From Clostridia bacterium (GTDB lineage Bacteria > Bacillota > Clostridia > Oscillospirales > CAG-272): a stretch of 64,000 nt of DNA. Position 1 is the stretch's first letter. The number at the start of each line of letters is the position of its first letter. Positions 28,019 through 35,666 of this stretch are shown one piece after another. Below the pieces are notes generated by a model that saw nothing but the letters and a program-made list of their open reading frames with translations, was not told where the DNA came from and did no database searches. The stretch covers positions 828-64,827 of the forward strand of contig JAFTME010000107.1 in NCBI GenBank assembly GCA_017452545.1. The letters run 5' to 3'. The position numbers were made by a program, and so were the translations under genes.

Positions 28019-30433
28019 TCAAATCTTCTTCAGCTTCGCATACGTCGCCATCAGCTTTTTGGTTCCCACGCGGTCAAAGGCGACCTCCAGCAGCGTATCC
28101 GACGCCATGCCCTTGGTAGAAAGAATGACGCCCTCGCCAAAGAACGGATGGCGAACACGGTCGCCCGCCGCAAATGTGCCACCACCTGCGACAGCACCGC
28201 CGCCTGCAGCACTCTTGCCTCCGTACAGCGGCTTTCCGACCGTGATGGGATCACCGACACCGCCGCCCACACGGCGCTGCGGATGCGGCGCAGCAGCAAA
28301 TCCGCTGTACGCGGGCTTTGCCGTGCGAGAGGAGTCCTCCTCGATCAGAGCCTCGGGAATTTCCGATACAAAGCGCGAGATGGGATTGAACGCCGTCGAT
28401 CCGTAAAGCAGGCGAGTGCGCGCGTGCAGGATCAGCAGCTCGCGCTTGGCACGGGTAATGGCAACGTAAGCAAGTCGCCGCTCCTCCTCCATCTCGGCGT
28501 TCCCCGCCGTAATGGTCTGCATACCGGGGAAAATGCCGTCCTCCATGCCGGGCAGGAACACAATGGGAAACTCCAGTCCCTTTGCCGAGTGAATGGTCAT
28601 CATGACCACGGCATCCGCGCTTTCGTCGTAACGGTCAACGTCGGCAACCAGCGCGTTTTCCTCCAAAAATCCGGTCAGCGTCGGCTCCTCGGCGTTGCGG
28701 CAATACTCGATCACGCTGGATTTGAACTCCTCCAGGTTCTCAAGTCTGTCCTTTTCCTCCTCGCCCGCATCAATCAGCATCTGACGGTAGCCTGTCTGGT
28801 CCAACACGGCGTCAACCAGTGCGGGCAGCTCCATGTCCGCCGCCTCACGTGACAGCTTGTTGATCATGTGCGCAAAATTGTACAGCGTCGCTGCCGCTCT
28901 CTGCAGCGCCACGTACTGATGCGCACACTCCATGACCTCAAACATCGAGAGCCCCTGCTCTGCCGCAATGCTCTCCACTGCCTCCAGCGTCTTGTCGCCG
29001 ATCTTGCGCCGCGGCTCGTTGATGATGCGCAGCAATCTCTCTCGGTCGTTATGATTGTTGACCAGCTGCAGATATGCCACAAGATCGCGGATCTCCTTGC
29101 GATCCGAGAAGCGAACGCCACCCAGCATACGGTACGGCACCGCACTCTTGGCAAACGCGCGCTCAATGCTGTTGGATTGTGCATTGGTGCGATACAGCAC
29201 GGCAAAATCGCGGAATTTTGCAGTTCCCTCCGCCACGCGACGGTTGACCTCGTCTACAATGTATCTCGCCTCGGCGTTTTGATCGTCCAAGCCGACCAAA
29301 CGGATCTTCTCTCCGCCGCTCTGTGCCGTCCAAAGTCGCTTGCCCTTGCGCCCCTCGTTGTGCGCAATGACCGCATTGGCAGCATCCAGAATATTTTGCG
29401 TCGAACGATAGTTCTGCTCCAGCTTAATAACTCGCGCATCGCTGAACAGACGGTCAAACGAAAGAATATTCTCGATCGTCGCGCCGCGGAAGCGATAAAT
29501 ACTCTGATCGTCGTCACCAACGACCATCAGATTGCGATAACCGCCCGAGAGCAGCGTGGTCAGCGCGAGCTGCGCCGCATTGGTGTCCTGGAACTCATCC
29601 ACACATACGTAGCGGAAGCGACGCTGATATTGCTGCAGTACCTCCGGCTGCTCGCGCAGTAAACGAACCGTCTGCATGATAATGTCATCAAAATCCATCG
29701 CGCCCGAGGCAAGCAGCTGCTTCTGATATTCCTCGTAAACGCGAGCGATCTGCTTGAGTCGGTAGTCTACCCCCGCTTCAGTCGCGTAATCGTCCGGCGT
29801 CAACAGCTTGTCCTTGGCGTGGCTGATCGCGCTCATCACACTTTTGATGGGAAATGCCTTCTCATCCACGTTGCACTTTTTCATGGCAGCGGCAATCGCC
29901 TTTTTGCTGTCATCCATATCGTAGATGGAAAACTCCTTGGGATAGCCGAGAAGCGTACCGTGCACGCGCAGAATGCGCATACAAATGGAGTGGAAGGTGC
30001 CGGCCCAGATGTCGTTTGCCACGCTCTCCTCCTCAAAGGAGGCACGCAAGCGGCTCTTGATCTCGCCCGCCGCCTTGTTGGTAAAGGTAATGGCAAGCAT
30101 CTGCCACGGCGGACAGGGGTTGCTGATAAATTCGGGCAGAATATCCTCGATCTCCTCGCAGGACAGCGCCAGCGCCCGCTCATAGGTAGCAATCTGCTCC
30201 TCGGTGATCCCGTAGGGCACGTAAGTGGACTCATAGGCGTTGCCGTAGCGAATAATAAACGCAATGCGCTTGACCAGCACCGTCGTCTTTCCGCTCCCCG
30301 CCCCGGCAAGGATCAAAAGCGGATGATTGACGGCAAACACCGCCCTCCGCTGCTCGGGATTGAGATTTTCGTATACCTTATCAAATAACGCGCGCTTGGC
30401 ACGTAAATACCGTTCACTTAGTTGTTCAGTCAT
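28019..30433 (-). CDS. pcrA: ATP-dependent DNA helicase PcrA/UvrD
   Basis: 804 aa. Superfamily-1 helicase motifs are present (AGAGSGKT, DEFQDTN, VGDDDQSIY), and the C-terminal region ends FAAGDRVRHPFFGEG. Confidence 0.93.
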   Translation of the reverse strand: MTEQLSERYLRAKRALFDKVYENLNPEQRRAVFAVNHPLLILAGAGSGKTTVLVKRIAFIIRYGNAYESTYVPYGITEEQIATYERALALSCEEIEDILPEFISNPCPPWQMLAITFTNKAAGEIKSRLRASFEEESVANDIWAGTFHSICMRILRVHGTLLGYPKEFSIYDMDDSKKAIAAAMKKCNVDEKAFPIKSVMSAISHAKDKLLTPDDYATEAGVDYRLKQIARVYEEYQKQLLASGAMDFDDIIMQTVRLLREQPEVLQQYQRRFRYVCVDEFQDTNAAQLALTTLLSGGYRNLMVVGDDDQSIYRFRGATIENILSFDRLFSDARVIKLEQNYRSTQNILDAANAVIAHNEGRKGKRLWTAQSGGEKIRLVGLDDQNAEARYIVDEVNRRVAEGTAKFRDFAVLYRTNAQSNSIERAFAKSAVPYRMLGGVRFSDRKEIRDLVAYLQLVNNHNDRERLLRIINEPRRKIGDKTLEAVESIAAEQGLSMFEVMECAHQYVALQRAAATLYNFAHMINKLSREAADMELPALVDAVLDQTGYRQMLIDAGEEEKDRLENLEEFKSSVIEYCRNAEEPTLTGFLEENALVADVDRYDESADAVVMMTIHSAKGLEFPIVFLPGMEDGIFPGMQTITAGNAEMEEERRLAYVAITRAKRELLILHARTRLLYGSTAFNPISRFVSEIPEALIEEDSSRTAKPAYSGFAAAPHPQRRVGGGVGDPITVGKPLYGGKSAAGGGAVAGGGTFAAGDRVRHPFFGEGVILSTKGMASDTLLEVAFDRVGTKKLMATYAKLKKI

Positions 30434-30484
30434 GATCGTTCATCCTCTTCCTCTTTGATCGTTCCACTAAAAAAATACAGAATT

Positions 30485-30513
30485 ATTGTATCATAAATAC
30501 ACCGGAAAGTCAA
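30485..30513 (-). promoter_or_regulatory. sigma-A promoter of pcrA
   Basis: On the minus strand: TTGACT, 17-nt spacer, TACAAT. Confidence 0.55.
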
Positions 30514-30532
30514 TGCGTTCGGTTGTAAAAAT

Positions 30533-30560
30533 TGGGATGCTGCGGTAAGACTTGAACCTG
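30533..30560 (-). other. degenerate copy of a tRNA 3' end (T-arm/acceptor-like), possible att remnant
   Basis: The minus-strand sequence CAGGTTCAAGTCTTACCGCAGCATCCCA aligns with the tRNA-Leu 3' end TGGGTTCAAGTCCCACCACCGGCACCA. The two share an exact 10-mer, GGTTCAAGTC, and are in the same orientation. Confidence 0.4.
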
Positions 30561-30662
30561 CTCGGCTTCACCTTGCTGCAAGTTTGCCTGCCGCGTGATA
30601 TGTTCTGCAATATTTAAAGATCGTACAGCGGCAGGTGGGTTCGAGTTAACCACTCTCGATGC

Positions 30663-30702
30663 AAAAAAGAACCGCTTGGGCATACCCAAGCGGTTCTTTT
30701 TT
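30663..30702 (-). terminator. strong bidirectional terminator closing the islet operon
   Basis: AAAAAAGAACCGCTTGGG-CATA-CCCAAGCGGTTCTTTTTT. Confidence 0.85.
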
Positions 30703-30760
30703 GCGAAAGACTACCTAAACGGAGCAGAATCGAGGTAAAAAAGCCTAAAAGTACACCAGG

Positions 30761-31099
30761 TTAAAGTTGTTTATATAGCAAGGAGATTGTCGACTTAAAA
30801 TACTGTTCTTGGAAATGTGTTAATTCCGCAATCTCTTCCTGCGTAAAAGTCATACCATCCGGTGCAACTACCCATTTATGTTCTATATCATTCTCACGAT
30901 TGATAATGGCTATTATTCTTCCGGTAAACTCAGAAACAGGCTCATTCACGCCTAAAATATAAGCGTCCTCTTCTTCGCCATCTGCCGCCATTGTTCCATT
31001 AATATAGCCATAGTTTATAGGATAATGTATATCCGGATGCTCAGGATGAAAACTTCCAAGTGGTCTGTCAACGGTTACCGTAACAATTGGGCCAATCAT
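30761..31099 (-). CDS. truncated family-I inorganic pyrophosphatase homologue (about 112 aa)
   Basis: YPINYGYINGTMAADGEEEDAYIL parallels the E. coli Ppa segment [23 protein letters not shown]. The first ~40 residues of a full PPase are absent. The ATG overlaps the upstream stop as ATGA. Low-GC codon usage. Confidence 0.65.
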   Translation of the reverse strand: MIGPIVTVTVDRPLGSFHPEHPDIHYPINYGYINGTMAADGEEEDAYILGVNEPVSEFTGRIIAIINRENDIEHKWVVAPDGMTFTQEEIAELTHFQEQYFKSTISLLYKQL

Positions 31100-31443
31100 T
31101 TCCCATTCTCCTTTGCGGTGTTGATAGAGGCAATGAGAATTCGACGGATCGTTCCGCATTGATTATAGAGATCAACAGTTGTTTCTCTGTTCAGAATGTC
31201 GGATTTCACAAACAGCTCCAACCAGTATTCAGTCTCGTAACACTCTTTTAAGGCAATTTGCAATTTGGCAATAAAGTCAGGCTTTCCGTGTGCATAATTT
31301 GCCTCATGGATATTTGCACCAATTGAGGTGGCAGAACGCTCCAATTGATTGACAAGAGAATAATGGCCTTTGATCGTTTCACAGAGTTTAATTATCTTAA
31401 TAGCGAAACCCATAGATAATTCAACGAGCTTATTTTCTTTCAT
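31096..31443 (-). CDS. four-helix-bundle protein (23S rRNA intervening-sequence protein / Avd-like family)
   Basis: Start at MKENKLVE, preceded by GAGGTGAGG. The hallmark QLERSATSIGANIHEA....DF..KL.IALKE..ETEYWL is present. Confidence 0.8.
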   Translation of the reverse strand: MKENKLVELSMGFAIKIIKLCETIKGHYSLVNQLERSATSIGANIHEANYAHGKPDFIAKLQIALKECYETEYWLELFVKSDILNRETTVDLYNQCGTIRRILIASINTAKENGK

Positions 31444-31462
31444 TATCCTCACCTCTGCAAAT

Positions 31463-31491
31463 ATTATAGCATATTTAATGAAATATTGCTA
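31463..31491 (-). promoter_or_regulatory. candidate extended -10 promoter for the four-helix-bundle gene
   Basis: On the minus strand: TGCTATAAT, with a poor -35 (TAGCAA). Confidence 0.35.
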
Positions 31492-31649
31492 CGCAATATG
31501 AAATAATCCTTTGGATTATGAAATATTTTGCCTTAGCGGCAAAATGTGAAATAAAATAAATCCCTCATACGCCGCTGCGTATTTCATAGCGTCAGCTATT
31601 TCATAACGCGAAGCGTTATTTCACAAATCCCGCAAGGGATTTATTTCAT
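31478..31649. repeat. mirror-symmetric array of seven mini-hairpins
   Basis: Hairpins at 31483-31499, 31503-31519, 31525-31545, 31567-31582, 31586-31599, 31603-31619 and 31625-31642. Stems are 5-8 bp and all differ in sequence, but six begin ATA/ATT and end TAT/AAT (the seventh runs AAATCCC/GGGATTT). Spacers are GAA(AT) in the left arm and TTC(AC) in the right arm. Confidence 0.85.
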
Positions 31650-31651
31650 TG

Positions 31652-31692
31652 AAAAGAACCCACACTTGTCGTAGACAAATGCGGGTTCTTTT
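31652..31692 (-). terminator. terminator directly after tRNA-Leu
   Basis: AAAAGAACCC / GGGTTCTTTT outer stem with an inner TTGTC/GACAA stem. A U-run follows on the minus strand. Confidence 0.8.
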
Positions 31693-31693
31693 C

Positions 31694-31779
31694 TGGTGCC
31701 GGTGGTGGGACTTGAACCCACACGATGTTGCCATCAGAGGATTTTGAGTCCACCTCGTCTGCCATTCCGACACACCGGC
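31694..31779 (-). tRNA. tRNA-Leu (anticodon CAA), class II with a long variable arm, CCA encoded
   Basis: Manual fold. Acceptor GCCGGTG/CACCGGC, anticodon loop CTCAAAA, T-arm GTGGG-TTCAAGT-CCCAC, 86 nt. Confidence 0.88.
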
Positions 31780-31788
31780 GCGAGATGT

Positions 31789-31817
31789 ATTATAGCACAC
31801 TTCCTTTACAAAATCAA
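31789..31817 (-). promoter_or_regulatory. sigma-A promoter of tRNA-Leu
   Basis: On the minus strand: TTGATT, 17-nt spacer, TATAAT, ending about 9 nt before the mature 5' end. Confidence 0.6.
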
Positions 31818-31908
31818 GAGGGTTTCGCAATTTTTTTAAAAAATCGGCAATAAATTTTACGGAGAGCCACCAAAAAGGCAGCTCTCCGCACGCATAATTG
31901 CGAAAGGA

Positions 31909-34485
31909 TTACTTTTGATATTTACCCGTAATACGAGCGACCTCGAACAGGATCCAGCTTGCCTGCTCCTGGTTACCGGAGTCGGCAAGACGGCCGTCGG
32001 CTACCCAAGTCTCGGGATAGATCTCGTTGGAGCGCTTATCAACGAACTCCAGAACGTCGTTGAGTCGCTCGGTATTGCCCGTCTTCCACAGATAATACAG
32101 CTCCCAACCAAGACCCTTACCAATGACGTGGTTGCCGTGATAAGTTGCTTGATCCTTGTCGTTTACGTCAACAACAACCGCCAGCATATCGATACCGGAA
32201 TACTTTTGCGTTCCGATCTTCAGATATGCTTCATAGGTGTTCGCCATGATCTCTTCGTTTACTGCGTACCAATCCGAAGCAATGGGAGCAAGGTTGACAA
32301 AGGAGAAGCCGCGATAGACCGCGCCGCCCTCGTCCAGAGCGATCAGCTCAGTATAAATCGGCTTGCCCTCAAACTCGGAAACAAGCTCCGTGTGCACTGC
32401 CTCAGCAATATCGTCCGCTGCTTTAGCAAACTCGTCGGCGACTGCATTGTCTCCGTACATCTTTGCAACCTGACTCATCTTATGCAGTGCCTCGGAGGCA
32501 AAGCAGTTGGTGATCAGGTCGTAGCCATCCCAATATCTGCCCTTACGGGAGTGCTCATAGTTTGGATTATGTACCAGCCCGTTTTCATGGATATAACCGT
32601 TGTCAAGGAAATAACGGGTATATTCGATCATCAGATCGTAAACGGAATCCAGGAACTCACCGTACTCCTCTCCGCTCTCCAGCGCAAACATAGCGAATGC
32701 GTTCATCCACATATAGTTGCCGTCGACCTGGATCTTGGTCGAAATGGGAGTTACGTTGGAAATACCGGCACGGTAAGAAAGTACAAGCTCCTGCGCTTTA
32801 CCGTCCACGTGGCAGGCCTGTGCTCTGTCAATGCCTGCCTTTCCGAACCACTGAACCGACTCGGCACGCGAAGCACCGATTTGAATCGAATATGCTTCGT
32901 CGGCATTCAGCTTGCTCATCGGCAGCGCGAACTCAAAGTTGTAAGCAGCCGCCTTGCTGCCAAGCGTAGATACGGGGCGCGTAACCTCGCTGATAAGCGC
33001 ATCGCCCTTGTAAAGCGAAACCGTAAAGGTATCCTCTGCGGCAGCCGTGCCAACAGCCGCGAGATACAGCTGTGCGGAGGTTACAAGCTTGGAATTCAGA
33101 GTAGAGGAAAGCGTCTGCTTTGCCTCAACACCGCCGCCAACCTTAACGCCGACAGCCGTGCGGGTACCGGAGTACTCGGGATATACACGCAGCGCATAGG
33201 TCTCACCCAAAGGTGCCTTGTCACCGTCTGCGCTCTTGTATGCAACGGTTGCAGCCGCAGCCGTAGCCCATACAACGTCGCCCTTCTCCGCATAGACGGA
33301 AAGGCCATAGGTTTTCCCCTCCGTAACCTTAACGGAGCCGAAATCAAAGGCAACCTTGCCGCCGCTCGTCTTTACCGTAGCCGTTTTCACTTCCTTACCG
33401 TCGGCATCCACCAGCGCACCGTACAGATTGGTCTCCACGCTGCAGGTCGCGTCGATCTCGATGGTATCGATCACATCACCCTTTGCAACAAAGGTCTGGG
33501 TAACCGCGTTGCCCTTGCCGACCAAGGAGTTATCCGTGCGGATGCGGTAGCCGATCACCTGACCGTTGGAAACCCAACCGCCAAAAGCAGGAACGTCGAA
33601 GTTGTAGCCGGAACCACCGCTGGTCTTACCAAAGGAAATGATGTTGCCCGTTGCATTTTCTGCCCAAACGCTGAGAACGTACTTTTCGCCCGCCTCAACG
33701 TCTACCGGTTCGTCAAATTTAAAGGTGTACCAGTCCTTGCCCGAGCCGAGGTCTGCAATATCGCGGGAAATTTTACCGATAGAGTCATCTCCGGGCTCGG
33801 TACCGAGGCTGACAACGATCTCGCCCTCCTTACCGGCAAGCTCCAGATATACAGAGATCTCGCTGACATTATCAAACGGAAGCATGATCTTCTGTGCACA
33901 GCCATTGGTCGGCATATTGATCTTGTAAAGTGCAATGGAGGTATCCTCGGAGGAAACGGACGTGCCGACCTTTCCAAGCTCGGGTGCCTCATAGGACATA
34001 TCCTTGTCGATATAATCCCAAACGCTGTTTGCCGTCAACTCACTCATAATATGATGCGCAAACGGAGCGTTCGTCGCCTTGTGATAGGACGCCATAAAAC
34101 GAAGAATGCTCATTGCCTCGTCCATATCGCCCTCAGCGATGTGCGCCATGACCTGAATAGACGCGTCACGAACAAACATACCCTGATATGCGCCTGTCAG
34201 AGACGTCTGCGCATAGCCGTTCTCGTGCAAGCGATCCAGCATCGTCTTGTAGGTAGCATCATACAGCTTTTGTCCTTTTTCAGACAACTTTACATACTGA
34301 TCCATATCGTCCTCCTTGCCTCCATCGGGATTTTCAGGCTGGTCGGGAGTTTGCTCACCGTCCTGCGACTGATCGGGGGTGGGATCCGGCTCCTCGTCCG
34401 GCTTTTGGCACGCGGTCAACAGGGTGCCAAGAACAAGCACCAATGCCAGCAGCATCGCCAGCGCTTTGATTACCGTCGGCTTCAT
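31909..34485 (-). CDS. large lipoprotein, probable glycoside-hydrolase-like alpha-helical barrel interrupted by three tandem beta-sandwich-like modules
   Basis: 858 aa. Lipobox LLTAC, then a Pro/Asp/Glu/Gln-rich linker. Repeated motif FKFDEPVDVEAGEKYVLSVWAE / FDFGSVKVTEGKTYGLSVYAE / FEFALPMSKLNADEAYSIQIGA. Confidence 0.75.
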   Translation of the reverse strand: MKPTVIKALAMLLALVLVLGTLLTACQKPDEEPDPTPDQSQDGEQTPDQPENPDGGKEDDMDQYVKLSEKGQKLYDATYKTMLDRLHENGYAQTSLTGAYQGMFVRDASIQVMAHIAEGDMDEAMSILRFMASYHKATNAPFAHHIMSELTANSVWDYIDKDMSYEAPELGKVGTSVSSEDTSIALYKINMPTNGCAQKIMLPFDNVSEISVYLELAGKEGEIVVSLGTEPGDDSIGKISRDIADLGSGKDWYTFKFDEPVDVEAGEKYVLSVWAENATGNIISFGKTSGGSGYNFDVPAFGGWVSNGQVIGYRIRTDNSLVGKGNAVTQTFVAKGDVIDTIEIDATCSVETNLYGALVDADGKEVKTATVKTSGGKVAFDFGSVKVTEGKTYGLSVYAEKGDVVWATAAAATVAYKSADGDKAPLGETYALRVYPEYSGTRTAVGVKVGGGVEAKQTLSSTLNSKLVTSAQLYLAAVGTAAAEDTFTVSLYKGDALISEVTRPVSTLGSKAAAYNFEFALPMSKLNADEAYSIQIGASRAESVQWFGKAGIDRAQACHVDGKAQELVLSYRAGISNVTPISTKIQVDGNYMWMNAFAMFALESGEEYGEFLDSVYDLMIEYTRYFLDNGYIHENGLVHNPNYEHSRKGRYWDGYDLITNCFASEALHKMSQVAKMYGDNAVADEFAKAADDIAEAVHTELVSEFEGKPIYTELIALDEGGAVYRGFSFVNLAPIASDWYAVNEEIMANTYEAYLKIGTQKYSGIDMLAVVVDVNDKDQATYHGNHVIGKGLGWELYYLWKTGNTERLNDVLEFVDKRSNEIYPETWVADGRLADSGNQEQASWILFEVARITGKYQK

Positions 34486-34524
34486 TGTGAAATCTCCTTT
34501 TTATATATGTTTTTTGAGTATAGA

Positions 34525-34555
34525 AAAGGCTGCCAGCGCGGGGGTGACAGCCTTT
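34525..34555 (-). terminator. terminator after fba
   Basis: AAAGGCTG / CAGCCTTT stem followed by a U-rich stretch on the minus strand. Confidence 0.55.
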
Positions 34556-34564
34556 ATTCCGGAT

Positions 34565-35428
34565 TTACGCCTTACCGACCGATCCGAACAGCTCCATTTT
34601 TTCTTTAACGGTAGCCTTGATCGCCTCATAACCGGGTGCGAGAACCTTACGGGGGTCAAAGCCCTTGCCGGAGAGGTCCTTGCCTGCTTCGATATACGCG
34701 CGGGTTGCCGCGGTAAAGGAAAGCTGGCATTCGGTGTTGACGTTGATTTTGGACACGCCAAGGCTGATCGCCTTCTGAATCATGTCCGCAGGAATACCGG
34801 TTCCGCCGTGCAGAACGAGCGGCATCTCACCCGTCAGCTGCTGAACTGCGTCCAGCGTCTCAAAGGACAGGCCCTTCCAGTTTGCGGGATACTTGCCGTG
34901 AATGTTGCCGATACCGGCAGCCAGCATATCGACGCCCAGATCAGCGATCTTCTTGCACTCCTCAGGATCGGCACACTCGCCCATACCGACGACACCGTCC
35001 TCCTCGCCGCCAATCGAGCCGACCTCCGCCTCAATGGACAGACCCAGCGCGTGAGCAACGTTGACCAGCTCCTGCGTCTTGGCGATGTTCTCCTCGATGG
35101 GATAGTGAGAGCCATCGAACATGATGGACGAGAAGCCTGCCTTAATGCACTTATAGCAGTCCTCGTAGGTACCGTGGTCCAGATGAATGGCTACGGGAAC
35201 GGTAATGTTCAGCGACTCGATCATTGCCTTTACCATGTCGGCTACGACCTTGAAGCCCGCCATATACTTGCCTGCACCTGCGGAAACACCAAGGATGACG
35301 GGAGAGTTGCACTCCTGCGCCGTGGTAAGAACCGCCTTGGTCCACTCGAGGTTGTTGATATTGAACTGACCGACCGCATAATGACCGGCCTTTGCTTTTT
35401 TCAGCATTTCTGCTGCGGATACTAACAT
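34565..35428 (-). CDS. fba: class II fructose-1,6-bisphosphate aldolase
   Basis: 287 aa with motifs GQFNINN, HLDHG and HGGTG. Confidence 0.93.
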   Translation of the reverse strand: MLVSAAEMLKKAKAGHYAVGQFNINNLEWTKAVLTTAQECNSPVILGVSAGAGKYMAGFKVVADMVKAMIESLNITVPVAIHLDHGTYEDCYKCIKAGFSSIMFDGSHYPIEENIAKTQELVNVAHALGLSIEAEVGSIGGEEDGVVGMGECADPEECKKIADLGVDMLAAGIGNIHGKYPANWKGLSFETLDAVQQLTGEMPLVLHGGTGIPADMIQKAISLGVSKINVNTECQLSFTAATRAYIEAGKDLSGKGFDPRKVLAPGYEAIKATVKEKMELFGSVGKA

Positions 35429-35519
35429 TGATTTGATCCTCCGTTATATTGATACACATATTATAACAAATATCGTCCGTTTTGTCAATAAGCCGCGCGC
35501 AAGACGGCAAACTTTTTTG

Positions 35520-35533
35520 TGAATAAATATTCT
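35520..35533. promoter_or_regulatory. candidate ArgR/AhrC operator (ARG box)
   Basis: TGAATAAATATTCT matches TGAATwwwwATTCA at 13 of 14 positions. Two further GAAT..ATTC palindromes lie at about 35544-35556 and 35562-35575, upstream of the argF promoter. Confidence 0.4.
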
Positions 35534-35583
35534 TTCTGCGCAGGGAATATTCACATAACAAGGAATAATATTCACCCCGACTA

Positions 35584-35612
35584 TTGACAAGAGCGTACCC
35601 ATGTGCTATAAT
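35584..35612 (+). promoter_or_regulatory. sigma-A promoter of argF
   Basis: TTGACA, 17-nt spacer, TATAAT. Confidence 0.65.
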
Positions 35613-35666
35613 ACAGTATTATGACACTTTGGTCGCATTTTTACACGAAACAGAAAGGACAATCGT

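Noticed and set aside
30636-30660. T-loop-like GGTTCGAGT on the plus strand, considered as a second tRNA fragment
   Set aside because: The flanking bases do not form a T-stem or acceptor stem, and the orientation is opposite to tRNA-Leu. I treat it as chance.
30561-30662. Possible small RNA between the islet terminator and the pcrA promoter (stem CTGCCGC..GCGGCAG with a 33-nt loop, CTTGC-A-GCAAG hairpin)
   Set aside because: There is no promoter or terminator of its own and no resemblance to any RNA family I know (SRP, 6S, tmRNA). It may simply be residual element DNA. Listed only as a caveat.
31478-31649. Possibility that the hairpin array is a CRISPR array
   Set aside because: The conserved words are only 7-8 nt and the period is 17-27 nt. 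The variable parts are themselves palindromic. The two halves are inverted, and no cas genes are present. It is not CRISPR-like.
31915-34608. 897-aa plus-strand ORF
   Set aside because: Antisense to the 858-aa lipoprotein gene, and it also crosses a terminator. Shadow ORF.
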